NCBI GenBank assembly: GCA_021801795.1
Contig: JAJYXR010000007.1
Coordinates: forward strand, 5,048 to 69,047
Length of the DNA: 64,000 nucleotides
Origin: Actinomycetes bacterium
Lineage (GTDB): Bacteria; Actinomycetota; Acidimicrobiia; Acidimicrobiales; JAJYXR01
Direction of reading: 5' to 3'
Notes under the pieces: generated by a model
Databases searched by the model: none
What the model saw: the letters and a program-made list of their open reading frames with translations, nothing else
Told to the model about the DNA's origin: nothing
Shown: positions 15,395 through 24,955 of the stretch, in pieces
Layout: each line of letters begins with the position of its first letter
How positions within the stretch are numbered: the first letter of the stretch is position 1
Program-made: the position numbers and the translations under genes

Positions 15395-16798
15395 ATGTCG
15401 CCTGGAGGATCGTCCGAGAAGTCCGCCGAGAGGTCGTCCCTGGCGGCTGGGTCCTATGGGTTCGAGCACGGCCTGGTGGCGGTGATCGGCCAGGGGCATA
15501 TCGGTCTCACGCTAGCACTGCGAGCTGCCGAGGTGGGCTTTGGCGTGGTCGGCTACGACATCGACGAGCGGTTGGTGAAGGAGCTCGGGAGCTTCGTGAA
15601 GCCTGCTGGCGGTAAGGCTTTCGAGGTGGGCGCAGATGCATCCGGAGCCCCTCGGTTCAGGGTGGCTGCAGCCCTCGACGGCGTGGACCCGGCCCGCCTG
15701 GCCGCGGTGCTCTCCTCGGGTGCCTACTCGGCGACCGCAGATCCTGGTGACCTCGAAGGCTTCGACATAGGGGTGCTCGCCGTCCCCACGCCGCTCGACG
15801 ATTCGGGTGTCCCCGATCTGGACCCGATGCGCGCAGGTGCACGCCTCCTCGGCACCCACCTGCACCCTGGGGCAGCCGTTTCGGTGGAGTCCACGCTCTA
15901 TCCTGGCGCCACCGCCTCGGTGGTGATCCCTGCGCTCGAGTCGGCCTCGGGTCTGGTCGCCGGGCGGGATTTCCATGTCGGCTACAGCCCCGAGCGCATA
16001 GACACGGCCGGTGGCGAGTTCGGGTTCGAGAACACCCCGAAGCTGGTATCCGGTATGGACGCGGCCTCCCTCGCTGCTCTCTCAGGCTTCTACCGGAGGC
16101 TCGTCGAGACGGTGGTGGAGGTTCCCGGCATGGCCGAGGCCGAGATGGCCAAGGTGGTCGAGAACACCTTTCGCCATGTGAACGTGGCCCTGGTGAACGA
16201 GCTGAACCTGGTGGCGCGCTCGCTCGGAGTGGACCTCGGCGTGGCACTCGAGGCCGCTGCGACCAAGCCGTTCGGGTTCATGCCCTTCAGGCCGGGCCCA
16301 GGTGCGGGAGGTCGCTGCCTGGCAGGGGCGGCAGGATATCTCTCCTGGGCCGCACGCGAGGCGGGCGCGGGCGCTCTGACCCTGGTGGACGCAGCGACAG
16401 CCCTGAACGAGTCGATGCCCGCCCGGGTGGCGGCGCGCGTCGAGACGGGCCTGGCCGAGCGCTCCATGACCATGGCCGGTGCTTCCGTGCTGCTCGTCGG
16501 CCTCGCGTACAAGCCCGGGGTCTCCGAGACGAGGGGCTCCGCGGCCGTGGCGGTGGCGAACCTGCTGGCAGTGGCAGGCGCCAGGGTGGCGGCGGCAGAT
16601 CCGCTGGTCGGTGACTGCCCGGGTCTGCACGACTCGGTGGAGCGGGTCGAGCTCAGCCCCGACGAGGTCGCGAAGGCCGATGCGGTGGTGCTCCTGGTGG
16701 ACCATCCCGGACTGGACCTCGACACCCTGGTCGCGAGCGCTCGGTGGCTGCTGGACACCCGAGCGAGGCTCCGGGGACCCAGAGTCGAGTACCTCTGA
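15395..16798 (+). CDS. Nucleotide-sugar dehydrogenase (UDP-glucose/GDP-mannose dehydrogenase family)
   Basis: N-terminal Rossmann motif VAVIGQGHIGLTLALRAAEVGFGVVGYDID. Central GYSPERID..ENTPKLVSG, AKVVENTFRHVNVALVNE and PGPGAGGRCL (catalytic Cys region) are typical of the family. Confidence 0.85.
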   Translation: MSPGGSSEKSAERSSLAAGSYGFEHGLVAVIGQGHIGLTLALRAAEVGFGVVGYDIDERLVKELGSFVKPAGGKAFEVGADASGAPRFRVAAALDGVDPARLAAVLSSGAYSATADPGDLEGFDIGVLAVPTPLDDSGVPDLDPMRAGARLLGTHLHPGAAVSVESTLYPGATASVVIPALESASGLVAGRDFHVGYSPERIDTAGGEFGFENTPKLVSGMDAASLAALSGFYRRLVETVVEVPGMAEAEMAKVVENTFRHVNVALVNELNLVARSLGVDLGVALEAAATKPFGFMPFRPGPGAGGRCLAGAAGYLSWAAREAGAGALTLVDAATALNESMPARVAARVETGLAERSMTMAGASVLLVGLAYKPGVSETRGSAAVAVANLLAVAGARVAAADPLVGDCPGLHDSVERVELSPDEVAKADAVVLLVDHPGLDLDTLVASARWLLDTRARLRGPRVEYL

Positions 16799-16825
16799 TC
16801 CGACCGTAAGCCGCGTCCCCAGTTT

Positions 16826-18103
16826 CTAGTCCGGGTGCCCCCGCCGGTCGTCCAGCAGCGAAGCGTAGAGCTGGGCGTGGGCGGCCACGAAGCGGTCGAT
16901 CCCGAAGCGAGCCGTCGCAGCCCTCCTCGCGGCCTCGCCCATGGACGCCGCGAGCGCCCTGTCCGAGGCAAGCCTACGGATGGCTCCTGCGAGGTCATCT
17001 GGGCTGCGGGCAGGTACGAGAAGCCCCGAGACACCCTGTTCGACGACGGTTCGCACACCACCTACGTCGGTCGCCACCACGGGCCTCCCGGCGGCGGCAG
17101 CCTCGATGAGCGCCATCGGCGTGCCCTCGCTCACGCTGGTGAGGACCACTAGGTCCAGGTCGGCCAGAGCGGCTGGCATGTCCCGCCACCAGCCGAGGAA
17201 GTGCACCCTGTCGCCGATCCCGAGCTGGTGGGCCAGTGCCCTCAGCTCGCCTTCGAGCTCGCCGTCTCCGAGCACCGCCAGATGCCAGTCGCCCATGTGC
17301 CGGTCTCCCAGCCCTGCCATGGCCGCGAACAGCGTGGCGTGGTCCTTCACCGGCACCAGCCTGCCTGTCACGCCGATAAGGACCTCGCCTGCGCCGAGGC
17401 CGATCCGGCGCCTCAGCTCACCAGGTGCCGAACGCTCCCCCAGGGGTGGGACCGCGCCGAGGGCTTCGGTGTCCACGCCCAGCTCTATGACGTGCCAATC
17501 CTCCGGCCGCCCCACGCCCATCTCGAGCAGGCTGTCGCGCACCTCGGGGCTCACCGCCACCAGCGCGTCCGAGACCTTCGCTAGAAGCCGCTCCGCCGCG
17601 AGGAAGGCTGCAGTCGCGCTGCGACCGAAGTACCCCTCCAGCACGTGCCCGTGGTAGGTGTGGACCACGACAGGGCGAGGACGGATACTGGCCGCTGCCA
17701 GCCTGCCGAGCGCCCCGGCCTTGGCCATGTGGGTATGCACCAGCGCGCTCCCTGCTAGCGCTCCCCGCAGACGCACCAGCGCGGCGAGGTCGTGTGCGGG
17801 CCTTATGGGCCTCACGAGCGGTACGCGCTGGACGACGATCCCAGGGGCATGGAGCTCGCCCTCGCCATCGGGTGCCCTGCCCGCCACCACCCGCACCTCG
17901 AAGCCCCCCGCCAGGCCAGAGCCGAGGCCAGAGGCGAGCCCCATCACGGCGCGCGTGGCACCCCCCACGTTCGGGCGGGTGAGCACCTCCGTGACCAGCG
18001 GCGCTCCAGCACCAGCGACGCCAGCTCTCTCATGCGTCTCGGACGCACCTGATGCGCCGTGGGCGGCCGACGCATCGGCCATGTCGGGAACGTCTCCCAC
18101 CAT
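16826..18103 (-). CDS. Glycosyltransferase family 4 (GT-B, Glycos_transf_1)
   Basis: N-terminal GGATRAVMGLASGL and the C-terminal hallmark SVSEGTPMALIEAAAAGRPVVATDVGG. Confidence 0.85.
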   Translation of the reverse strand: MVGDVPDMADASAAHGASGASETHERAGVAGAGAPLVTEVLTRPNVGGATRAVMGLASGLGSGLAGGFEVRVVAGRAPDGEGELHAPGIVVQRVPLVRPIRPAHDLAALVRLRGALAGSALVHTHMAKAGALGRLAAASIRPRPVVVHTYHGHVLEGYFGRSATAAFLAAERLLAKVSDALVAVSPEVRDSLLEMGVGRPEDWHVIELGVDTEALGAVPPLGERSAPGELRRRIGLGAGEVLIGVTGRLVPVKDHATLFAAMAGLGDRHMGDWHLAVLGDGELEGELRALAHQLGIGDRVHFLGWWRDMPAALADLDLVVLTSVSEGTPMALIEAAAAGRPVVATDVGGVRTVVEQGVSGLLVPARSPDDLAGAIRRLASDRALAASMGEAARRAATARFGIDRFVAAHAQLYASLLDDRRGHPD

Positions 18104-18293
18104 GGCCGCAAGCTAGCCGAGCTCCAGCCACTGCCTGTATCTCTCACCACGGCAAAGCTCCCCGCCCGCTGCATAGAGATAGCCCGCGTCGACGAAGATG
18201 GCGCTGCGGTCCATGCCGCAGATCGAGAGCAGAAGGGGCCCCCTTGCAAGAGCCACGCCGGCCATCCCAGGGCAACCGGCTCTTCAGCCTGGC

Positions 18294-20762
18294 CTATCGA
18301 GGCCGGCGCGAATAGGCAGAGCGCGCCCTGGTGTGTCCAGCGATGACCCTGTCAAGGACATGGTTCCGCACCCAGCGGACAGGCGCGCTGACGCGCCAGG
18401 AGGTGCTGGCGTATACCTCGGCCAGTTCTTCACGCAGCGCGGCTTCCTGGTCATGCACCGCCCCGAGCGCCTTCTCGTACTCGTCCGCCTGGCGGCTGTG
18501 TTCGGCTTCGATCTGCTCGACCGTGACGCGATGGTGTTCTGTGAGGGCTGCGATCCCGGCACGAAGCTCGTCCGCCTCGGCTTCGAGAATGCGGTTGGCC
18601 AGCCAGGCTGCTTCCGGCGTGGAGGCGGGCACCTCCTGAAGCATGGCACGCAGCCGGTCGGTGCTGCCCTGCCCGCATCCCTGAGCGGCCTCGAGGAACG
18701 ACTCGACCACTGCCTCGAGGCACAGGCGCTCGGCATCAAGCGTCGTAACGACGGGCTGACCCTCGGAGCCTCCGAGGACCGGGTCCAGGCCGGGACCGGC
18801 CGCCGGATCGTCCATGCCAGGACCCCCAGTTCGCGCGCGCACGCTCGGGGAATGGCTGGCGATCACCCAGGCAGAGCTGCCCTCCCCCGGCACCGTGTAC
18901 GGATCCAGGCCGAGCTGTCGCAGTATCCCCGCTGGGCCCGCTCCGGTCGTTGCCGTCCGACTCGTAGCCGTCGTGGTCGTCCCGGACGGCTGGTCGAGGC
19001 GGCAGTCGGCCACACTCCCTCCTGTGGCCACGCCGATCACGCCGGCGGGGCTGAGCCGCCTCACCCACTCAGTGAGCCAGCCGGCATCACTGCCCCGAGA
19101 CGACGACCCGAGCCAGATGAAGTCCAGCGACCCAGGCTCGAAGCGCTCGAACGGATAGCGACCTGCATCAGGGACCATCTCCACACGCTCGTGGAACGTC
19201 GCGACGCGCGCCGCGAGCTCAGCCATGTCGAGGCGATGCTCCGGCGAGTCCGCGCCGTCGTCCAGCACGACCAGCCTGCGACATCCCCAGTGGGCGAGGA
19301 TGTGAGACACGAGGCGCCCGCGCCCGGCATTCACTATCACCCCGGTCCCGTCGAGGCCCCGTGCTTCGAGGAAGTAGGGCAGCTCCTCGGGGAATGGGAG
19401 CCGGGAGGCAGGGTCCCCATAGTTCCACCTGTACCAGGGTGCAGAGAGCGGCGCGTCGGGACGCAGAGCGATAGAGCGCGTCCAGCCCCGCTCTGGCAGC
19501 GGCAGGTCCACATAGCACCCAGCAGCGCGCCTGAGCTGCACACCGGCACGAGCCAGCGAAACAACAACCGATACGCCGTCTCCATCGAGGCCGTCGCTCG
19601 CACGGAGCGCGCCGAGCGCGTCAGCGCGCTTCATGCCCACGGCGGGTAGGTCGCGCTCTGCGCCGTACAGCGAGCACGAGCCTGGCTGGAGCAGGGTTCC
19701 GTCAGCCTCCGCGCCCAGTATCTCGTCACTCCAGTAGGCCCTTGCAGCGGATGCGCCCGCGTCGAGTGCCGCGCACAGGGCGTCCAGCCAGCCGGGCCGG
19801 GGTCGCACTGCGCCGGCCAACAGGGCCACGAGCTCGTTACGAGCGCTCTCGCAGCCGACCTCCCAGGCGTCGGTGAGGCCGTAGCCGCCCGGCACGCGCC
19901 TGACGGTGGCCCCCTGTAGCGAGGCGAAGAGTCCTCCGAGTCCCGAGGCAGCGTCCACGATCACGACCTCGTCGCCGTCGGCCAGTCCGGAGTCCCCGAG
20001 CGCCGCTAGCGACGCAGCCCAGCGCTCGAAGCGTCCCGGCAGTACCGGAAGGATCACCGAGATGCCGGGGCGAAAGCTCGCCGGGTCCTCTAGAAGAGCG
20101 CCGGAGCTGGCCCGGCCCAGTGCGAAGCGCTCCGCGTAGCCCGCTATGAGCGGGGCCCTCTCCAGCAGTTCTGCCCTGGTGAAGTGCACGATGCGAGGGT
20201 TTGGGTGCGGATCGAACGCCATCGAGCACCACTCGGTGCCGAGCATCCCCACCCGGCTGGTCCATCGGGTGTCGCCGGTGAAGGCTACCTGGTCGGGCAG
20301 GCTGATGTCATAGCCGATGAGCCTCATGATCGCGGCCTGCTCCCACCAGGGATGCTCTACCAGGTCCTCGCATCCCCAGACCTCGTCGAGGAACTCCGCT
20401 GCCTCCCCACCCGCATGGAGAGCGAGCACCGCTGCACATGGCTGGCGCCCGCCGCGATAGGCATGCTCCACCATCCACAGGAAGCGCTCGGGAGTGGCCA
20501 CGTCAGCGATGTCGGCGGTGGTGTCGGCGAAGGTGGCGTCGGCATCCACCCATAGCACGAAGTCGTAGCGCTCGGTGAGGTCGCGCATGAGCAGAACCTT
20601 GCTCCACGAAACAGGTCTCTCGTGGCAGAGCGAGCGGGTCTCCAAGACGAGATCGTAGCCGTGACGGGACGCGTAATCCTCGAAGGCAGGTCCGGACAGG
20701 TCGAGGAAGCGCCGGTGCGAGCCCACTGCCAGGGAACAGAGGACCTTCCTCAGGGGAGACAT
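18294..20762 (-). CDS. Multidomain glycan-modifying enzyme: DxD nucleotide-sugar transferase + GT2-like + class-I methyltransferase-like + coiled coil with an SWRxSxPxR tail
   Basis: ATG 20762 (GAGGA 10 nt upstream) is preferred over the 20834 start. FVLWVDADATF is a DxD GT-A motif. ISVILPVLPG...DEVVIVDAASG is GT2-like. RRLVVLDDGADSPE...LDFIWLGSS is MTase-like. The C-terminal heptad-rich region ends in ASTSWRVSAPVRWV. Confidence 0.7.
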   Translation of the reverse strand: MSPLRKVLCSLAVGSHRRFLDLSGPAFEDYASRHGYDLVLETRSLCHERPVSWSKVLLMRDLTERYDFVLWVDADATFADTTADIADVATPERFLWMVEHAYRGGRQPCAAVLALHAGGEAAEFLDEVWGCEDLVEHPWWEQAAIMRLIGYDISLPDQVAFTGDTRWTSRVGMLGTEWCSMAFDPHPNPRIVHFTRAELLERAPLIAGYAERFALGRASSGALLEDPASFRPGISVILPVLPGRFERWAASLAALGDSGLADGDEVVIVDAASGLGGLFASLQGATVRRVPGGYGLTDAWEVGCESARNELVALLAGAVRPRPGWLDALCAALDAGASAARAYWSDEILGAEADGTLLQPGSCSLYGAERDLPAVGMKRADALGALRASDGLDGDGVSVVVSLARAGVQLRRAAGCYVDLPLPERGWTRSIALRPDAPLSAPWYRWNYGDPASRLPFPEELPYFLEARGLDGTGVIVNAGRGRLVSHILAHWGCRRLVVLDDGADSPEHRLDMAELAARVATFHERVEMVPDAGRYPFERFEPGSLDFIWLGSSSRGSDAGWLTEWVRRLSPAGVIGVATGGSVADCRLDQPSGTTTTATSRTATTGAGPAGILRQLGLDPYTVPGEGSSAWVIASHSPSVRARTGGPGMDDPAAGPGLDPVLGGSEGQPVVTTLDAERLCLEAVVESFLEAAQGCGQGSTDRLRAMLQEVPASTPEAAWLANRILEAEADELRAGIAALTEHHRVTVEQIEAEHSRQADEYEKALGAVHDQEAALREELAEVYASTSWRVSAPVRWVRNHVLDRVIAGHTRARSAYSRRPR

Positions 20763-20993
20763 GCCGGTCTCGTCCTCGGCGCGAGCCCTCCTGACCTCGA
20801 TGCGGACGGGGCAGCGCAGCCGCATCCCAGCCAACGGGTGCTCCCCGCTACAGGACGCGATCCACGTTCGGGTGGCCGCTCGCTCATCGCGTCAGTCTCT
20901 CCCAGGGAGACTGCTGCTGCCAGCGAGCGTCCAGCGCGCCATCCACCTCCGGGGCCTAGTCTTTGGCATCAGAACCAGACGAGCCGAGCGCAC

Positions 20994-22172
20994 ATGAGCA
21001 ATCCTGAGCAGCCTACGCACACCACCACGCCTGATCCTCGGGACCGCGTGCCAGTGGGCATGGCCGTGCCATCCCTCCGGATCGCCTATGTCACGGTCCC
21101 CAAGGCTGCCTGCACCAGCATGCTATGGGGGCTCGTTGGCCTGGCTGACGACCGCCCTGGCGTGAGGCAGGGAAGCAGCGACATCCCGGAGGTGACCCCG
21201 GAGCTCACTATCCACGACTGGCGGACCTGGCCGGAGAGCCTCACCACCCTCGATCGGCTGCCGGACTCCGTGCTGGCAGAAGGCACCGACGCTGCCGGCA
21301 TGAGCTGGCTCGTGTTCTCCGCCGTGCGAGAGCCACTTGCCCGGCTCTTCTCGGCATGGCAGTCGAAGATCCTCTGCCAAGAACCGCTCTACGTCGCACG
21401 ATACGGCGGCCAGCCCTGGTTCCCGCCACCGCCGCGAAGCACAGGCGAGGTAGCCGAAGGCTTCGCGGCATTCGTTGAAGCCCTCGGCGCTGACCGGTCG
21501 CTGGCAGTCGATGACTGGCACTGGATAAGCCAGGTTCGCCTGCTCGCCATCGACCGGGTCCGCTACGGATGCATCGCTGGCATCGACCGGGCCGAGCCTG
21601 GAACCGCCCATACCAGTGGCCTCGAGATCCAGCCTCTGGATTCCCTGGTCGCTCAGGTGAACGCCCATGTGCATGACCAGGGCAGCAGCGCAGTGTTGGA
21701 CCTCGCCAGGCGCAACGCGACCCTCCTGCCACTCTCTGCCGAGACGGTGAGCGCGAAGACCGCTCAGCTCGTGGCCGACATGTACGAGGAGGACTACCTC
21801 GCTCTTGGCTACGAGCCACCGTCGCTCGAGTCCGCGAAAGGGTTGTCCTGGGAACCGCTTCTCCGGGCAGTCCGCATGCTGGTAGATCGTCACGAGCGCA
21901 TAGCCGACCTCGCCCGGATCGCCCGCGAGCGGCTGTCCAAGATCGAGAGCCTCGAGTCGGCCAACTACCACGCTCGCCAGGAGTCTGCGGCCCTCCAGGC
22001 CCAGGTCGAGCACCTCGAGGACGAACGCACGCGGCTCGGCGAACGCTCCAGAAGCATCGAGGACGCGCTCGAAAGCCTCGTGAGGGACAGGGAGCACCTG
22101 GAGAGGATCCTCCACAGCCGGACCTGGCGCTGGAGCGAGCCGTTACGACGGATCTACGCGCGCACCAGATGA
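20994..22172 (+). CDS. Carbohydrate sulfotransferase-like protein (Sulfotransfer_2/CHST-like) with a C-terminal coiled coil and SWRxSxPxR-type tail
   Basis: The internal ATG 20994 avoids overlap with the divergent gene; the track ORF starts at 20622. IAYVTVPKAACTSMLW and FSAVREPLARLFSAWQSK fit the PAPS-binding motifs of family-2 sulfotransferases. The last ~90 aa are heptad-rich and end in HSRTWRWSEPLRRIY. Confidence 0.65.
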   Translation: MSNPEQPTHTTTPDPRDRVPVGMAVPSLRIAYVTVPKAACTSMLWGLVGLADDRPGVRQGSSDIPEVTPELTIHDWRTWPESLTTLDRLPDSVLAEGTDAAGMSWLVFSAVREPLARLFSAWQSKILCQEPLYVARYGGQPWFPPPPRSTGEVAEGFAAFVEALGADRSLAVDDWHWISQVRLLAIDRVRYGCIAGIDRAEPGTAHTSGLEIQPLDSLVAQVNAHVHDQGSSAVLDLARRNATLLPLSAETVSAKTAQLVADMYEEDYLALGYEPPSLESAKGLSWEPLLRAVRMLVDRHERIADLARIARERLSKIESLESANYHARQESAALQAQVEHLEDERTRLGERSRSIEDALESLVRDREHLERILHSRTWRWSEPLRRIYARTR

Positions 22173-22220
22173 GCGGCCGGCAGCTCGCGATCCCGTGGCG
22201 ATGCCGCCGGGCCGAGTGGG

Positions 22221-23474
22221 CTAGGCGACCACCAGAAGGGGGCCGAGCGCCTGGGCGAGGGCGGCGCGTGCGTTCTCCTCACGGTATTCGCCCACCGACG
22301 CAGATATCTGAGCCGGGTCGGCGGTCCGCGCCAGGCGGAGTCCTTCCATGATCGCGCGCCACCAGCGGGCCGGGTCCTCTCCCTCGCATAGCACCCCGTT
22401 CCTCCCGGGCACCACCACCTCGGGCGCGATGCCGATGGGGCGCGCCACCACCGGGCATCCTGCGGACAGGGCCTCCACCACCGGCAGGCAGTACGCCTCC
22501 TCCCGCGAGCACATGAGGTATACGTCAGCCTCCCGGTACGCCTGGTAGAGCTCCGCTTCGCTCAGGTAGCCGCGAAAACGAACCCCCGCCGCGCTGAGAA
22601 GCCGGCACCGGCGCGCCCTGAGCGCGGAGCGCGGCTCGGTCCCGACCACCACGAAGCGCACCCGCTCGCGTCCCGAGGCACGTTCCAGCGCAGCCCTGAG
22701 CGCCAGGCGCTCGACGATGTCCATGCCCTTGCGGTGCCACTCGTTCAGGTCCACCACCATCAGCACCTCCGACCCCCGACGCCTGCTGGCTGGCGCTGCC
22801 CCGGGGACAGGAGGGGCAGCATCGCCCACAGGAGCGGTGAGGTCCTGCGGCTCGAGGTAGCCGCCGAGCAGGCACACCCGGCTGTCTCGTGCTGAGAGTC
22901 CCGAGGCGTCCCATGCCTCGGCCTCTGCGGCGCTGTCGTGGACCACCAGGTCGGCCACCTCTGCCACGCGCGCGAGCGCGGTCGAGACCCGCTCGCGCTG
23001 TGCAGTCGACATGGGCACCGAGGAAGGCGGCTGGTAGTGGGGGAAGAACGCGAGGCGGCACCCCGCGTGCGCTTCCCTGATGCCGCATACCTCCTCGATG
23101 GCCCACGCGTTCGCCCAACCGTTCAGGACGAGGAGCAGCCTCTCCGCTTTCGTCCCGCCGGCGAGGCTGTCGAGCGCCGGCACCGCGGGATCGAGCGTGT
23201 CCTGCTCCGGGTAGCCCCTGAGAACCCTGAGCGCGGCACCCGCCTGCGCCGAGGCGCGGGCGAGCGCACCGGCGCACCTGGCGTCCCGGTCGTCGGTGAC
23301 CACGGTGAGCCCCGGCGCCTCAGCCCCGAGAACGCCTACCAGGCGCCGCAGGTGCCTGCCCAGCCCCGAGTACATCTGGGTAGGGGAGGGCACCACCAGC
23401 AGCGCCTCGCGCCTCACCTCCGGGGGAGCGACGCGGCCAGCAGGCTCGACCGGGGCTTCGCGCAGGGCACTCAA
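22221..23474 (-). CDS. Glycosyltransferase (GT-B, GT1/GT4-like)
   Basis: The C-terminal SREEAYCLPVVEALSAGCPVVARPIG matches the Glycos_transf_1 E-x7-E region. A 4-nt overlap with the upstream gene (23471-23474) indicates an operon. Confidence 0.8.
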   Translation of the reverse strand: MSALREAPVEPAGRVAPPEVRREALLVVPSPTQMYSGLGRHLRRLVGVLGAEAPGLTVVTDDRDARCAGALARASAQAGAALRVLRGYPEQDTLDPAVPALDSLAGGTKAERLLLVLNGWANAWAIEEVCGIREAHAGCRLAFFPHYQPPSSVPMSTAQRERVSTALARVAEVADLVVHDSAAEAEAWDASGLSARDSRVCLLGGYLEPQDLTAPVGDAAPPVPGAAPASRRRGSEVLMVVDLNEWHRKGMDIVERLALRAALERASGRERVRFVVVGTEPRSALRARRCRLLSAAGVRFRGYLSEAELYQAYREADVYLMCSREEAYCLPVVEALSAGCPVVARPIGIAPEVVVPGRNGVLCEGEDPARWWRAIMEGLRLARTADPAQISASVGEYREENARAALAQALGPLLVVA

Positions 23475-24955
23475 CGGCGTCGCAGGGTGCCCGCCCGCCT
23501 GGCCAGGTGGCCGGCCCGGCGTGCACGATCCCTGACCGCCCCCCAGGGAATGCCCACGCGGTCTCCCATGGCCACCACCTCGTCTGCGAGCCTGTACCTG
23601 AAGCGGTCCCCCCGGCTGGGGCCTGGCCGGGCGGCCCAGCCAGAGAGCCTCCGCATGTAGAGCAGGCGCTCCGCGGCTCGGATTCCCTCCTCCAGGCTAG
23701 GCGGACCCAGCTCGGCTGCAGCCTCGGCCAGGATCTCCTCCACGCGTGGGCCCACCACGGTCTCTAGGTCGAAGCGCTCCGCGACGACCCCCGCCGCCCG
23801 CTGGCGCATGCGTGCGAGCTGTCCCGAGCCAAGTGCAGCGTGCAGGGCTGAAGCGATGGCCTCGGGGCTGGCCCCTGGTGCCACTGGGACGTACTCCTCG
23901 GAGGCCGACAGCCACTCGGTCGCCCCGCAGGGCGAGGTCGTCACCACCGGGCATCCTGCCGCCAGTGCCTCGATGACCACCAGGCCGAATGGCTCGGACT
24001 CCGGGAGCGGCAGCAGCGCCACGTCGTAGGAGGGGAGCTCGGCTAGCAGCCTCTCGCGTGCCAGCCTTCCCCTGAAGCGCAGCCGGTCCCTGTGGCGCGA
24101 GCGCTCGGCTCTCGCCTGGAGCTCCTTGGCGAAGGGGTTCCCGACGTCCCCGAAGACGTCGAGGGTGAGGGCACCGTGGCGGTCGTTGTAGACCTCAGCG
24201 GCCCCGACGGCGCGGTCCACGCCCTTGTGCGCGAGGATCTGGCCGAAGGACACCGCCCTGATGCCTCCACCTTCCCCGGTCCTCGTGGATCTAGCTCCGC
24301 CAGTAGCGTCGTCGGCGCCAACAGCGAAAGCGCCGAGACGCAGCCAGTTCGGGAGGAGATCGACCCGCTCGAAGCTTCCGAACATGGCATTTCCAGGCAG
24401 TATGACAGACGAGCAGGATATGGCCCAGGCGCGGGCCTTGGCCGAGGCGAGCAGGCCGCGCAGCGGTTCGTCGTCACGGATCGCGTCGGCCATGGTCAGG
24501 TCCATTGCGTCCTCCAGGTGTACGACCAGCGGCACCGAGGCTGCTGCCACTGCGAGCAGGCCCACCGGGCCGCTTCCGAGCGGGTTGAACATGTAGACCA
24601 CGTCGGGCCGGTAGTCGCGGATCTCGCGAAGGAGCAGGGCAGCGCTGGCCTGGTCGAAGCCGCGATGCAGCCTGGTCGCGCCTGGATCGAAGAGCCTGGG
24701 GTTATGACTTCGCTCGAGGGCGTAGCCAACAGGGGCAGGCAGCACCTGCGCGAGCTCGTAGTCGACGCCGGGAAGCGGCACCCCGTGGTCCCGGTCCGGG
24801 GTCACCGCCTCGCGAGGTCCGTAGAGACCGCCAAGCGAGGTGAGCACGCGCACCTCGTGGCGCCCGGCCAGGTACTCGGTCATCTCCCTGCAGAGCACCT
24901 CGTAGCCGCCGAGCATCTCGGGTGGGAAGAGGTTCGTCACCACCATGATCCTCAT
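23471..24955 (-). CDS. Glycosyltransferase family 4
   Basis: The ATG at 24955 overlaps the upstream stop (ATGA at 24952-24955) and opens with MRIMVVTNLFPPEMLGGYEV, a typical GT4 N-terminus. The C-terminus has ESEPFGLVVIEALAAGCPVVTT. The track ORF extends to 25189. Confidence 0.85.
   Translation of the reverse strand: MRIMVVTNLFPPEMLGGYEVLCREMTEYLAGRHEVRVLTSLGGLYGPREAVTPDRDHGVPLPGVDYELAQVLPAPVGYALERSHNPRLFDPGATRLHRGFDQASAALLLREIRDYRPDVVYMFNPLGSGPVGLLAVAAASVPLVVHLEDAMDLTMADAIRDDEPLRGLLASAKARAWAISCSSVILPGNAMFGSFERVDLLPNWLRLGAFAVGADDATGGARSTRTGEGGGIRAVSFGQILAHKGVDRAVGAAEVYNDRHGALTLDVFGDVGNPFAKELQARAERSRHRDRLRFRGRLARERLLAELPSYDVALLPLPESEPFGLVVIEALAAGCPVVTTSPCGATEWLSASEEYVPVAPGASPEAIASALHAALGSGQLARMRQRAAGVVAERFDLETVVGPRVEEILAEAAAELGPPSLEEGIRAAERLLYMRRLSGWAARPGPSRGDRFRYRLADEVVAMGDRVGIPWGAVRDRARRAGHLARRAGTLRRR

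Noticed and set aside
18198-19649. 483-aa plus-strand ORF inside the multidomain glycosyltransferase gene. Similar shadow ORFs occur at 21123-22115 (-), 22525-23277 (-), 25396-26601 (+) and 26754-28124 (-).
   Set aside because: They have no recognisable domains and biased Arg/Gly/Pro composition. Each fully overlaps a gene with canonical GT or sulfotransferase motifs.
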